64,000 nucleotides of DNA from Chloroflexota bacterium (GCA_022562155.1 JADFPV010000003.1:412-64411); one strand, 5' to 3'; shown: positions 10,276 through 20,470, numbered from the stretch's first letter. Notes: a model not told the origin generated them from the letters alone. Numbers and translations are program-made.

Positions 10276-10787
10276 CGGGTAAAACGCGCGTCTGTATCTT
10301 GCTCAGATGTCATCTGGCGATATGGCCTCCTGAATCTATTGTCGGCAGAGTTTCCTGCTGAGAATAGTCCTATCCAGGGCAGGCCTTGTTATGTACTACC
10401 TGGTATGAGTAGCCAAAGTAGCGCGGCAGGAGGCTGGCTCCACGCTCTGTGGGGAAACTGGCCCCCTGCAGCCGGCCTTGTACGCCTCTTAGGCCCTTGC
10501 ACATACTCTCCCTGGACACCAATCAGAAGGAGCAAGACGAGACGAAGGCCGAGACAGAGAACGAGGCCGAACGCGACGCCCAAGCCGCCGATTCATCCGG
10601 ATTCAATCAAAGAATCGAGGCAATTTTGGCCCTTCCCAGATTCACGAGCGCGCCCAAAACCGCGATTCCAATCAAGCAATCAACATAGCCTGCGAAGCAG
10701 ACTCCGCCTTGTATACTCTCCCTAGACACCAAGCAAAAGGAGCAAGACGAGACGAACGCCGAAAGCAAGAGCGAGGCCACGCGAGCG

Positions 10788-11453
10788 ATGCCAGCCAGCA
10801 TTGCGATTGACGGCCCCGTTGCTTCCGGCAAGAGCGCCGTGGGAAGCAGGCTGGCGCGCCACCTCGGCTACCGGCTCGTCGACACCGGCATGATGTATCG
10901 AGCAATCACCTGCCTGGCGCTGGACAAGGGCCTCGACCTCCACGACGAGGCCGCGCTGGCCGCATTGGGCGCGTCGGTGAATATGGAGGTCACGCCGGGC
11001 CCCGCGGACGACCCGGACGCTTCGCGCGTGCTCGTGAACGGCACGGACGTGACGAACAGGCTGCGTTCGCCGGACGTGGGCGATGCGGTATCGTTGGTCT
11101 CACGTGTCCCGGCCGTGCGCAAAGCGATGGTCGCGATCCAGCGTGACATCGCCAGCGACGGGAGCGTCGTCATGGTCGGCCGGGACATCGGCACCGTCGT
11201 CCTGCCCGATGCGCCGCTCAAGGCGTACTTGGACGCATCGGTGGAGGAGCGGAGCCGCCGCCGCCACGCCGAGCTGCAAGCGGCGGGGAGAACAGAATCG
11301 ATCGAAGACGTCCGCGAGCAGCTCGCACTCCGCGACGAGATCGATAGCCAGCGCGACACGTCGCCGCTGCGTCCCGCCGACGATGCGCTCGTCATCCAGA
11401 CCGACAACATGACCATCCAGAACGTCGTCGACCGCATCCTGGAGGAAGTGTGA
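10788..11453 (+). CDS. cmk: cytidylate kinase
   Basis: IAIDGPVASGKSAVGSRLARHLGYRLVDTGMMYRA matches the Cmk P-loop N-terminus. Confidence 0.85.
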   Translation: MPASIAIDGPVASGKSAVGSRLARHLGYRLVDTGMMYRAITCLALDKGLDLHDEAALAALGASVNMEVTPGPADDPDASRVLVNGTDVTNRLRSPDVGDAVSLVSRVPAVRKAMVAIQRDIASDGSVVMVGRDIGTVVLPDAPLKAYLDASVEERSRRRHAELQAAGRTESIEDVREQLALRDEIDSQRDTSPLRPADDALVIQTDNMTIQNVVDRILEEV

Positions 11454-12136
11454 TGCTGCTACGGGCTTACCGCCGCGCTATCATCCTGCTGGACAGGTTC
11501 CTCTTCACCCTCTACGCGCGTAAGTTCGAAGTAGTCGGGGGCGAGAACGCGCCGGTCGAAGGTCCGCTCATCGTGGCCAGCAACCATCTCAACAACGCCG
11601 ATCCGCCGGCGGTGGCGCTCGCGCTCCCGCGCCTCCCGGTGTTCATGGCCAAGCGCGAGATGCTCACGTGGCCCATTCTTGGCCTCGGGTTCCGCATGTT
11701 TGGCGCGTTCCCCGTCCGCAGAGGAGGCGCGGACCTCTCCGCCATCCGCGCCGCGACGGACATCGTGAACGAAGGGAACATGCTTGTCATGTTCCCGGAG
11801 GGCACCCGCAGCCGTACCGGCGGCCTCACGAAGGGTCACCCCGGCACAGCGCTGGTCGCGCTACGGACGGGCGCCCCTATCCTTCCCGTCGCCGTCACCG
11901 GCACAGAGAAGATCGTGTGGCCCTGGCTCTTCATCAAGCCGCTTTCGATCCGGCACGTAACCGTCACACTTGGCAAGCCGTTCACGCTGCCGCCTGTCGA
12001 AAAGATCGACGGCGAGGCAGCGGCCGAGGCGACGAAGGTCATCATGGGCAAGATCGCCGAGCTGCTGCCGCCGGAGTATCGCGGCGTCTACGGCGATACC
12101 CGAGAGGAGCCTGCAGCGACGCCTATCGAGGCATGA
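11450..12136 (+). CDS. plsC: 1-acyl-sn-glycerol-3-phosphate acyltransferase
   Basis: NHLNNADPP (HX4D) and FPEGTRSRTG motifs. ATGA overlap with cmk. Confidence 0.75.
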   Translation: MMLLRAYRRAIILLDRFLFTLYARKFEVVGGENAPVEGPLIVASNHLNNADPPAVALALPRLPVFMAKREMLTWPILGLGFRMFGAFPVRRGGADLSAIRAATDIVNEGNMLVMFPEGTRSRTGGLTKGHPGTALVALRTGAPILPVAVTGTEKIVWPWLFIKPLSIRHVTVTLGKPFTLPPVEKIDGEAAAEATKVIMGKIAELLPPEYRGVYGDTREEPAATPIEA

Positions 12137-12176
12137 CCTACGACCGCCCTACGTAGACGTATATACTGAACTTACT

Positions 12177-13046
12177 ATGGAAATTCTCCTAGCGAGCGAG
12201 ATGGGCTTCTGCTTCGGCGTGCGGCGCGCCGTCGACCTCATGGAGGAGGCCACGGACGAGACCGGCCAGATCGTCAGCCTCGGCTCGGTCGTCCACAACC
12301 CACAGGTGATGTCGCAACTCAAGGAGCGCGGCCTGGACATCATCGCCTCGCTGGAAGACGTGAGCGACCGGCCCGTCGCCATCACGGCCCATGGCGTGAG
12401 CCAGGCGGTTGTGCAGGAACTGGAGAGCAAGGGCGTTCCCGTCCTTGATACGACGTGCCCGATCGTCACCCGATCACAGCAGTGGGCGAAGCGCCTCACT
12501 GAAGAGGGCTTCGCCGTTGTCGTATTCGGCGATCCGAACCACAAAGAGACGCGCGGCGTGCTCGGTTGGGCGGAAGGTAACGCCTACGCCATACCTACTA
12601 TCGAAGACATCGCGTCGCTCCCCGACGAACTGCCTTCCCGCATCGGCGTACTGTCGCAGACGACCGAGACAGAGGCTCACTTTGCCGAGTTCGTGCGCGC
12701 GCTGCTGGAGCAGCGCATGGACCGCATCAGCGAGTTGCGCGTGATCAATACGCTCTGCAACGCGACGACGAGCCAGCAGGCAGCGGCACGGGAGCTGGCG
12801 CACCAGGTCGGCGTGATGATCGTCATCGGGGGCAGCGAGAGTGCGAACACGCGCCACCTCGCCGAAGTCGCCCGCGAAGAGGGCACGACCGCCTACCAGG
12901 TAGAAACGGCCGACGACATCCAGCCCGAGTGGCTGGAGGGCCAGGAGAAGGCCGGCGTCACGGCCGGCGCCTCGACGCCAGACTCAGCGATAGACGCCGT
13001 AGTAGCGCGTTTGCGCGAATTGAGCGAGAATGGGACGTCGGGCTGA
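12177..13046 (+). CDS. ispH: 4-hydroxy-3-methylbut-2-enyl diphosphate reductase
   Basis: MEILLASEMGFCFGVRRA IspH N-terminus. Start moved to ATG 12177, not the long upstream extension in the ORF track. Confidence 0.85.
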   Translation: MEILLASEMGFCFGVRRAVDLMEEATDETGQIVSLGSVVHNPQVMSQLKERGLDIIASLEDVSDRPVAITAHGVSQAVVQELESKGVPVLDTTCPIVTRSQQWAKRLTEEGFAVVVFGDPNHKETRGVLGWAEGNAYAIPTIEDIASLPDELPSRIGVLSQTTETEAHFAEFVRALLEQRMDRISELRVINTLCNATTSQQAAARELAHQVGVMIVIGGSESANTRHLAEVAREEGTTAYQVETADDIQPEWLEGQEKAGVTAGASTPDSAIDAVVARLRELSENGTSG

Positions 13047-13095
13047 AGCCCGGCCCGCGAGATTTCCGGAGGCCAGGCTTCAGCCTGGCGATCAA
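13040..13095 (+). terminator. GC-rich hairpin after ispH (gctgaagcc...ggcttcagc), weak U-tract
   Basis: Inverted repeat visible in sequence. Confidence 0.3.
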
Positions 13096-13139
13096 GGATA
13101 GGAGGTGATACGCAGAGCGCGCGGAGCGACGCGAGTCAC

Positions 13140-13340
13140 GGTAGAGTAAGCGCCAGATCCCGGCCACGCTGGTGAAACCAGGCAGTCGGGATGACGAGGA
13201 GGAGGTCTATCGAATCATTCGGCGGATGGCCTCCCGGCAAGTACAGTCGTCATGGCCGGTACAAACCAGGGGTGCAAATCCCTGCCAAAAAGCCGTCCAA
13301 CGTACCGGGGGAAACTGCAACCCCTGCCCCACGCAGGCCG
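13140..13340 (+). ncRNA. glmS ribozyme: glmS ribozyme (GlcN6P-responsive self-cleaving riboswitch)
   Basis: aAGCGCCAGAtCC cleavage-site core at 13149, and GACGAGGAgGAGGUcUAUCGAAUcaUUCGGCGGAUGgCCUCCCGGC matching the conserved glmS ribozyme core. Sits directly 5' of glmS. Confidence 0.7.
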
Positions 13341-13436
13341 CGCACACTAGACACAGCATAACTCCAAGGTAGACATAGATACCGTTCGCGCCGCGATAGG
13401 TTCGCGACGCGCTGGTGGCGACGAAAGGAGTGCTGC

Positions 13437-15281
13437 ATGTGCGGCATCATTGGGTACGCGGGCACGCGCCAGGCCAGTCCACTGCTGGTGGAAGGCCTGC
13501 AACGGCTCGAGTACCGCGGATACGACAGCGCCGGCATCGCTGTTCTCGACAGCGACGGCCAGCTACACGTCAAGAAACAGCAGGGCAAACTCGCGAAGCT
13601 GACAGCCAGCCTGGAGGGCGTGCATCCGCCGGGCACGATTGGGCTGGCGCACACGCGTTGGGCGACCCACGGCAAGCCTTCGGACGAGAACGCGCATCCT
13701 CAGCAGGACTGCAGTCAGGAGGTGGCGGTCGTCCACAACGGCATCGTCGAGAATTACCTCGACCTCGGCCAGGAGTTGATGGCGCAGGGCCATGGGCTAA
13801 CATCGGAGACCGATACTGAGGTCATCGCCCATCTGATTGAAGCGAACCTCCAGAACGGCGACGAGCTACACGAGGCCCTACGGCACGCCATTCAGCGCAT
13901 CGAAGGCTCTCATGCGATCGTGGCACTCACGAAGAACGATCCGGACCGCCTCGTGGCGGCGCGTGTGGGCAATGCGGGCGGCGTGGTCATCGGCTACGGC
14001 GAAAACGAACACTTCATCGCGAGCGACCTGCCGGCGCTCTTACCCGAAACACACAGGGTAGTCTTCCTCGACGACGGCGAGCTAGTGGAGCTGACACGCG
14101 AGAGTGTGCGCTACTGGGACGCCGCCGGCGAACCGATCGACAAGGAACCGCAGACCGTACCGCTCGACCCCGTCGCGGCGGCCAAAGGCACCTACAAGCA
14201 CTTCATGCTCAAGGAGATCGTCGAGCAGCCCGAGTGCGTGCTGGACACGTTCCGGGGCCGCGTCCTGTTCGACCCGCCGAGCGTGCAGTTAGAGGACCTC
14301 GATATGTCGGCCGACACCCTGCGTAACATCGAGCGCGTCGTGCTCATCGCGATGGGCACGAGCCTGCACGCGGCGATGGTCGGCCGGCGCTACTTCGAGG
14401 AGCTGGCTGGGCTGCCGGCTGAGGTCGACTACGCATCGGAGTTCCGCTACCGCAGTGCCATCGTCGGACCGGAGACGCTCGTCGTAAGCGTTGCGCAGTC
14501 CGGCGAAACCGTCGATACGCTGGAAGCGATGCAGGAAGCGCAGCGGGCCGGCTCGCCGCAGATCACGATCTGCAATACGCCGGGCGCGCAGTCGACCCGA
14601 GTCGCGGACGCGACGGTCTATACCCGCTGCGGGCCGGAGATCAGCGTGGCGAGCAGCAAGACGCTGACGGCGTCGATGATCGCGCTCTACCTGCTCGCGT
14701 GCCACATCGGCCGCGTGCGCGGGCGCCTGGACGAAACCCAACTGGCGGAACTGACCGGACCGCTCGCCCACCTGCCCGACCTGATGGGACGAGTCCTCCA
14801 TGGCGCACCCGCAATCGAAGAACTGGCGCACCAGTTCCAGAGCTACCACCACTTCCTCTTCCTCGCGCGCGGCCTCCAGTACCCGGTCGCGATGGAGGGA
14901 GCACTCAAGCTGAAAGAGCTGAGCTACATCCACGCCGAGGGCTACCCGGCGGGCGAGATGAAGCACGGGCCGATAGCGCTGATCGACGAGCAGATGCCGA
15001 CGATCGCGATCGCAGTCCGAGACGGCATGCGTGAGAAGATGCGGTCGAACATTGAGCAGGTGCGAGCACGCGACGGCACGGTGATCGCGCTCATCAACGA
15101 AGGCGATACCGAGATGGCGCAGAAGGCCGACCACGTCATCGAAGTGCCGGAGACGACGCCACTGTTGCTGCCGTTGCTGACGGTGCTGCCGCTACAACTG
15201 TTGGCCTACTACATTGCGGTCTTGCGCGGCTGTGACGTGGACCAGCCTCGTAACCTCGCAAAGACGGTGACCGTGGAATAG
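13437..15281 (+). CDS. glmS: glutamine--fructose-6-phosphate aminotransferase
   Basis: MCGIIGY N-terminal nucleophile, two SIS domains, full length 614 aa. Confidence 0.95.
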   Translation: MCGIIGYAGTRQASPLLVEGLQRLEYRGYDSAGIAVLDSDGQLHVKKQQGKLAKLTASLEGVHPPGTIGLAHTRWATHGKPSDENAHPQQDCSQEVAVVHNGIVENYLDLGQELMAQGHGLTSETDTEVIAHLIEANLQNGDELHEALRHAIQRIEGSHAIVALTKNDPDRLVAARVGNAGGVVIGYGENEHFIASDLPALLPETHRVVFLDDGELVELTRESVRYWDAAGEPIDKEPQTVPLDPVAAAKGTYKHFMLKEIVEQPECVLDTFRGRVLFDPPSVQLEDLDMSADTLRNIERVVLIAMGTSLHAAMVGRRYFEELAGLPAEVDYASEFRYRSAIVGPETLVVSVAQSGETVDTLEAMQEAQRAGSPQITICNTPGAQSTRVADATVYTRCGPEISVASSKTLTASMIALYLLACHIGRVRGRLDETQLAELTGPLAHLPDLMGRVLHGAPAIEELAHQFQSYHHFLFLARGLQYPVAMEGALKLKELSYIHAEGYPAGEMKHGPIALIDEQMPTIAIAVRDGMREKMRSNIEQVRARDGTVIALINEGDTEMAQKADHVIEVPETTPLLLPLLTVLPLQLLAYYIAVLRGCDVDQPRNLAKTVTVE

Positions 15282-15777
15282 ACCGACTCTGAGCCCCGGA
15301 CCTACAACTGCGCCCGCGCCGTTCGCACCGATCGAATGCATCTGAGAGCCTTTCGGTCATGGCATCGGCGTCCTGACAACGGACCAATGGCGTAACAGCC
15401 TCGACTACGGTGCGATACCCTACCCCGGCGGGCGGTTCGAAGTCCGCCTCGCGCCGCGGCTTGAGATTGTCAGGCATGATCTTCTTTAGAACAAAGTCCG
15501 TTGCCTCCCATGGATGCCTAGACTCCAAATCGGATTCGGCCACCTGCCAGAATCGAAAAGATACGAACACATTGTTGGTGCCAGGACCAGGAACGGATGT
15601 TAACGAACGAAGTGGCTTGAAGACCAAGTCCTCAAGCTCATCCATGTGCTCCTCGGTGTAAAAGGCCAACGTACTGCCGTCAGCGACTGGCAGGGCATCA
15701 GGAAGTTCGACAAAGAATACAACCAACCGGAGCTCCTCGTTCGCTTCCCCTGTGGCCGCCGGCGCATCCAACGTCAA
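15136..15777 (-). CDS. hypothetical protein (lower-GC; 3' end overlaps glmS, true stop uncertain)
   Basis: ORF with protein-like N-terminal 130 aa. The C-terminal tail is Arg/Ser-rich and overlaps the glmS 3' end by 146 nt. Local GC about 50%. Confidence 0.3.
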   Translation of the reverse strand: MTLDAPAATGEANEELRLVVFFVELPDALPVADGSTLAFYTEEHMDELEDLVFKPLRSLTSVPGPGTNNVFVSFRFWQVAESDLESRHPWEATDFVLKKIMPDNLKPRREADFEPPAGVGYRTVVEAVTPLVRCQDADAMTERLSDAFDRCERRGRSCRSGAQSRSIPRSPSLRGYEAGPRHSRARPQCSRPTVVAAAPSATAATVASSPALR

Positions 15778-15817
15778 TCCACTCCTCCTCTACGTTGCCA
15801 ACTAGGTGACGCGGCCT

Positions 15818-16627
15818 TTACTTGCCCGTGAACTTAGGCTTGCGGCCCTCCATGAAGGCAAGAGGCCCTTCGCGGGCGTCTTCGCTCGACATGACCTGCG
15901 CGACGGCCTCGCTCTCGATCTTGTAGGCGTCCTGGATGGGCAGACCAAGGCCCTTGATGACGGCCTCCTTCAGCTTGCGCACCGCGAGCGGGCCGTTTTC
16001 GGCGATCTTAACCGCGAATTCGTCCGCCTTCGCCATCAGCTCCGACTGCGGGACGACGTAGTTGACGAAGCCGATCAGGCGTGCCTCCTCGGCCGGTATC
16101 GCATCGCCGACGAGCAGGATCTCCATGGCTTTAGCGAACGCGATCTGGCGCGGCATCCGAGCGATGCCGCCGCCGGCGGGCACGATGCCACGTTTGACCT
16201 CGGTCAAGCCGATAGTCGCGTTGTCGGAAGCGATACGGATGTCCGTACCTTGCACGAGTTCGGTGCCCGCAGCGAGGCAATAGCCATTGATGGCCGCGAT
16301 TACGGGCTTGTAGAGCGGGAAGTTACGTAGCAGCGCTGCCCGCGTGACCTCCGGCTCGTTGCGAAGCCGGTTGTCCCACTCGTCCTCAGGCTGGCGAGCG
16401 CCCGTCATGAGCGGAATAAGACGCGCCAGGTCTGCGCCTGCGCAGAACGACGTATCGCCTGCGCCGGTAACGATGGCGACGCGCATGTCGTCATCCTTCT
16501 CGAAGTCGATCCAGGCTTCGCCCAGCCGCACCATCATCTCCGGGTCGATAGCGTTGCGCTTCTCTGGGCGGTTAAGCGTGATCCGGGCGATGTGGTTGTG
16601 CTTTTCATACAGCAATGCGTCTGCCAT
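15818..16627 (-). CDS. enoyl-CoA hydratase/isomerase (crotonase family)
   Basis: ARITLNRPEKRNA..., GAGDTSFCAGADL oxyanion-hole motifs. Confidence 0.8.
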   Translation of the reverse strand: MADALLYEKHNHIARITLNRPEKRNAIDPEMMVRLGEAWIDFEKDDDMRVAIVTGAGDTSFCAGADLARLIPLMTGARQPEDEWDNRLRNEPEVTRAALLRNFPLYKPVIAAINGYCLAAGTELVQGTDIRIASDNATIGLTEVKRGIVPAGGGIARMPRQIAFAKAMEILLVGDAIPAEEARLIGFVNYVVPQSELMAKADEFAVKIAENGPLAVRKLKEAVIKGLGLPIQDAYKIESEAVAQVMSSEDAREGPLAFMEGRKPKFTGK

Positions 16628-16637
16628 CGTGTTCCTC

Positions 16638-17453
16638 CTAGCTGTGCTCCCGAAGCCGCTCCTTTAGCAGCTTGAGCAGTTTAGGCCGCTCCTCTTCGAT
16701 GTACTCCGTCAGTCGATGCGCCATCACGGGCACTTCCCAGCGTCGAACGAGGTCCTCGTCCACAGCACGCTGCTGCCTATAGCCCCGCCGAATGGCGACG
16801 CCCAACGCGCCTCGGCCCACGACTGCCAGAGTCCGGACGAGGAACGGCGCCCCGGGCGGAGGTTCGCCCATCCGGATCAGGAGCCTTGAGCGCGCAAGGT
16901 CTGCCGCGGGATCGCCGACAACCACGTTGCTCCAGTCGATCACAACGTCTCTGTCCTTCGCCTGAATGATGTTCCCCGGATGGAAGTCGCCGTGGCAGAG
17001 CCGGTCGCCGTCCGGCAGGTCCGCCAGCATCTCCAACGCGAGCTTCGCCTCTGCCGCAGGAACGCGGTCCGATGACTCGATGCCCTGTTGGAGGCTGGCC
17101 TTTAGATTCGGAAGGCCTTCCGGCGCAACAACCTCGTGCAGACTTGCCTGAAGACGGCCCGTCGTCTTGCCAGCCGACCAGATATGCCAGGGCTTGTTAC
17201 CTAGTAGCGTGAGCAGGTCCGGCCCATCAATGCGCTCCATCACCAAGCCATGCCGCCCCTCAACGATCGTCGTGTCACCTGGTATGGGAACGGTGACGCC
17301 CGCATCGTGCGCAGCCCGCAGCGCACGAGCCTGTAGCTCAACTGACTCCAGGCCGCAGTTAGAACGCATCAGACGAAGGACAGTACCGCCCTCCCACTCG
17401 AAGATCTCCGCCTCGCGCCCCTCGGCAATCTTGTGGAGTTCGGATACGTTCAT
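16638..17453 (-). CDS. aminoglycoside/choline-kinase-type phosphotransferase (APH family)
   Basis: LCHGDFHPGNII catalytic loop and VIDWSNVVVGDP motif. Confidence 0.7.
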   Translation of the reverse strand: MNVSELHKIAEGREAEIFEWEGGTVLRLMRSNCGLESVELQARALRAAHDAGVTVPIPGDTTIVEGRHGLVMERIDGPDLLTLLGNKPWHIWSAGKTTGRLQASLHEVVAPEGLPNLKASLQQGIESSDRVPAAEAKLALEMLADLPDGDRLCHGDFHPGNIIQAKDRDVVIDWSNVVVGDPAADLARSRLLIRMGEPPPGAPFLVRTLAVVGRGALGVAIRRGYRQQRAVDEDLVRRWEVPVMAHRLTEYIEEERPKLLKLLKERLREHS

Positions 17454-17467
17454 CGTCTGTGGCGAGG

Positions 17468-20400
17468 CTAGGCGTCGCTCGCCAACGTGGCGTGGGCGGC
17501 GGCGAGGCGCGCGATCGGAACGCGGTACGGTGAGCAGCTCACGTAATCCAGGCCGGCTTCATGGAAGAACTCGACGGAGCGCGGGTCGCCGCCGTGCTCG
17601 CCACAGATACCGATCTTCAGACCGGGCCGGGCCGCGCGCCCGTCCGCAACGCCCTGTTTGACGAGCGCACCAACGCCCTCTCGATCGATCGTCTCAAACG
17701 GGTTGTCAGCGAGAATGCCCTTGTCGATGTAGTGCGTGAGGAAGCTGGCTTCCGCGTCGTCGCGGCTCAGGCCAAGCGTCGTCTGCGTGAGATCGTTGGT
17801 ACCGAAGGAGAAAAACTCGGCATCGGCAGCTATCTCTCCAGCGGTGAGCGCGGCGCGAGGCAGCTCGATCATCGTGCCGAAGAGGTACGGCACGTCGATG
17901 CCCGCCTCTTGCAACGTCTCCTTAGCGACGCGCTCGAGCAGCTGCCGCAGCTGCTTAAGCTCGGTGGCAAAGCCGACGAGCGGGATCATGATCTCCGGAT
18001 GAACGTCCACACCGTCCTGGGCCACGATGGCAGCCGCCCTGAAGATCGCGCGCACCTGCATCTCATTGATTTCGGGGTAGAGGATGCCGAGCCGGGAACC
18101 ACGCAGCCCTAGCATCGGGTTGACCTCGCGCAGCTGCTGTACACGATGCAGCATCGCCTCTTTTTCGTGTAGCTCCGCGGAGTCCGAATCGGAGACACGC
18201 AGGCGGACAACGGATTCGAGGAGTTCGTCGTGATCGGGAAGGAACTCGTGCATGGGTGGATCGATGAGACGGATCGTCACGGGGCGCTCGCCCATCACAC
18301 GGAAGATCGCCTCGAAGTCACCCTGCTGCATCGGCAGAAGCCGTTCCAACGACCCGCGATACTTGCCCATCGGACCTTCTAGCTTGGCACGGAGCTCCGA
18401 AAGCTCAGCTTCCAGCATGTTGCGCAACTCGCCTGTCGCGTTGCTGAACGCTTCCTCGAGAGCGAACACGGCCGCCTCCAGCGACTTCGCTTCAGCCGCG
18501 GAGAGGATCATTTCTCGCATCACCGGCAGCCGGTCTTGCTCGAAGAACATGTGCTCCGTGCGACAGAGACCGATGCCTTCGGCCCCGAACTCGATGGCTT
18601 TAGCGGCATCTTCCGGCGTATCAGCATTCGTCCGAACGCCCATGCGGCGAATGTCGTCAGCCCACGAGAGGAACTCCGTAAGCTTGGGAAACAGCTCGGG
18701 CGCAACGGTCGGAACTTGGCCTAGGAGGACCGTGCCTGTTGAACCATCGATCGTTATCATCTGGCCTTCCCCGATGGTGAGGTCCCCAACGCCCATCGAA
18801 CCTCCGCTTTCGTCCACGCTGATCGCCTCGCAGCCGGAGACGCATGGTATCCCGAACCCGCGTGCCACCAACGCCGCGTGGCTGGACATCCCGCCGCGCT
18901 GGGTCAGAACCGCGCGCGCGGCCTGCATGCCATGAATATCGTCCGGCGAGGTCTCCTGGCGGACGAGTATCACATCGTCGCCATCATGGCCGCGCTCAGC
19001 GGCCACGTCAGGATGGAAGACGGCGGCACCGGCAGCGGCGCCAGGCGACGCTGCCAGCCCTTTCGCGATCTCAAGAAAACGCGCCTCTTCCAGCAGCCCT
19101 GCCTGCTGCTCGTCGCTTAGGGCTTCCCACTCTGAGACGTGTAGCGAACCGACGGCGCGCTCGCCAACAAAGCTGAGGAGCACAGTCGCGGGGAGCACCT
19201 TGGCTTCCCTCAGGCGCTCGACGCCGTCGTGGGTCATGGCAAACATCATTTCGGCCTTGCTTTCAATCGCCTGCTCCGCCTGGGCGCCAATCTCAGTCAT
19301 CGGCACCGTCTTGATGCGAGGGTCGACCTGCGGATGCAGCAGGTCGTCGAGGCGGCCGGGTTCGACGCGCTGTATCGCCTCCTCCTTGCTGATCACGCCT
19401 TCGTGCATCATGTCCACGGCTATGGTGACCGCGGAGCGGGTGGTACGCTTGCCGACGCGGCACTGGAGCATGTAGAGCCGTCCCTGCTCCACCGTGAACT
19501 CGATGTCCATTGCGTCCCGGTAGTGCTTGTCGAGCTTCAGCGAGATCTCCGCGAACTCATCGTAAATTGCCTTGTTCGCGTCTCGCAGGGCGGAGATCGG
19601 TGTTGGCGTGCGCGTGCCCGCTACGACGTCCTCGCCCTGAGCGTTAACCAGATACTCGCCCCAGATCTCCGGCTCGCCCGTCACGGGGTCCCGCGTGAAC
19701 GCGACGCCGGAGCCGGAATCGTCGCCCATGTTGCCGAACACCATCATCTGCACGGTGACGGCGGTACCGAGGTCGTCGGGGATGTTCTCGATCCGCCGAT
19801 AGTGGATGGCCCTCGCGTTGTTCCAAGAGTCGAAGACGGCGCGAACGGCCAGCTCGAGCTGCTGCATGGGGTCGTCAGGGAACTCGCGGCCCGTCTCGGA
19901 CTTCACCAGCGCCCGCGAACGCTCGGCGACTTCCTTCAGCGCGTCCGCCGGCATGGCCGCATCGGAGTCGACGCCCGCCTGCTCCTTCGCCTCGTTGAAG
20001 ATCGTGTCGAACTTGGCACGGTCGATCTCGAGCACAACGTCGCCGAACATCATGATGAAGCGACGCAAGGAGTCATACCCGAAGCGCGGGTCGCCCGTCT
20101 TGGCGATGAGGCCTTCGAGCGTCTCGTCGTTCAGCCCCAGGTCGAGGATCGTATCCATCATGCCCGGCATCGAGAACTTGGCGCCGGAGCGGACGGAGAC
20201 GAGCAGCGGGTTCTTCGGATCGCCGAACTTCTTGCCGGTCTCGTCTTCGACCTGCTTGAGCGCAGTCCGGACCTGCTCTAGGAGGCCGTCCGGCAGCGAG
20301 TTCCCGGCGGCGATAAAGGCGTTGCAAGCTTCCGTGGTGATGGTGAAGCCGGGCGGCACAGGCAGGCCAAGGTTCGTCATCTCGGCCAGGTTGGCGCCCT

Positions 20401-20470
20401 TGCCTCCCAGCAGGTCCTTCTGGTCTTTGTCTCCCTCTGGGAAGAGATACACGTACTTGGGATCCGGCAA
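17468..20470 (-). CDS. ppdK: pyruvate, phosphate dikinase
   Basis: N-terminus YVYLFPEG...LLGGKGANLAEMTNLGLPVPPGFTITTEAC, central phosphohistidine domain and PEP-utilising C-terminus. 1000 aa. Confidence 0.9.
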   Translation of the reverse strand: MPDPKYVYLFPEGDKDQKDLLGGKGANLAEMTNLGLPVPPGFTITTEACNAFIAAGNSLPDGLLEQVRTALKQVEDETGKKFGDPKNPLLVSVRSGAKFSMPGMMDTILDLGLNDETLEGLIAKTGDPRFGYDSLRRFIMMFGDVVLEIDRAKFDTIFNEAKEQAGVDSDAAMPADALKEVAERSRALVKSETGREFPDDPMQQLELAVRAVFDSWNNARAIHYRRIENIPDDLGTAVTVQMMVFGNMGDDSGSGVAFTRDPVTGEPEIWGEYLVNAQGEDVVAGTRTPTPISALRDANKAIYDEFAEISLKLDKHYRDAMDIEFTVEQGRLYMLQCRVGKRTTRSAVTIAVDMMHEGVISKEEAIQRVEPGRLDDLLHPQVDPRIKTVPMTEIGAQAEQAIESKAEMMFAMTHDGVERLREAKVLPATVLLSFVGERAVGSLHVSEWEALSDEQQAGLLEEARFLEIAKGLAASPGAAAGAAVFHPDVAAERGHDGDDVILVRQETSPDDIHGMQAARAVLTQRGGMSSHAALVARGFGIPCVSGCEAISVDESGGSMGVGDLTIGEGQMITIDGSTGTVLLGQVPTVAPELFPKLTEFLSWADDIRRMGVRTNADTPEDAAKAIEFGAEGIGLCRTEHMFFEQDRLPVMREMILSAAEAKSLEAAVFALEEAFSNATGELRNMLEAELSELRAKLEGPMGKYRGSLERLLPMQQGDFEAIFRVMGERPVTIRLIDPPMHEFLPDHDELLESVVRLRVSDSDSAELHEKEAMLHRVQQLREVNPMLGLRGSRLGILYPEINEMQVRAIFRAAAIVAQDGVDVHPEIMIPLVGFATELKQLRQLLERVAKETLQEAGIDVPYLFGTMIELPRAALTAGEIAADAEFFSFGTNDLTQTTLGLSRDDAEASFLTHYIDKGILADNPFETIDREGVGALVKQGVADGRAARPGLKIGICGEHGGDPRSVEFFHEAGLDYVSCSPYRVPIARLAAAHATLASDA

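Noticed and set aside
14289-15134. 281-aa minus-strand ORF inside glmS
   Set aside because: Antisense to an unambiguous, full-length glmS. Arg/Asp-rich low-complexity translation.
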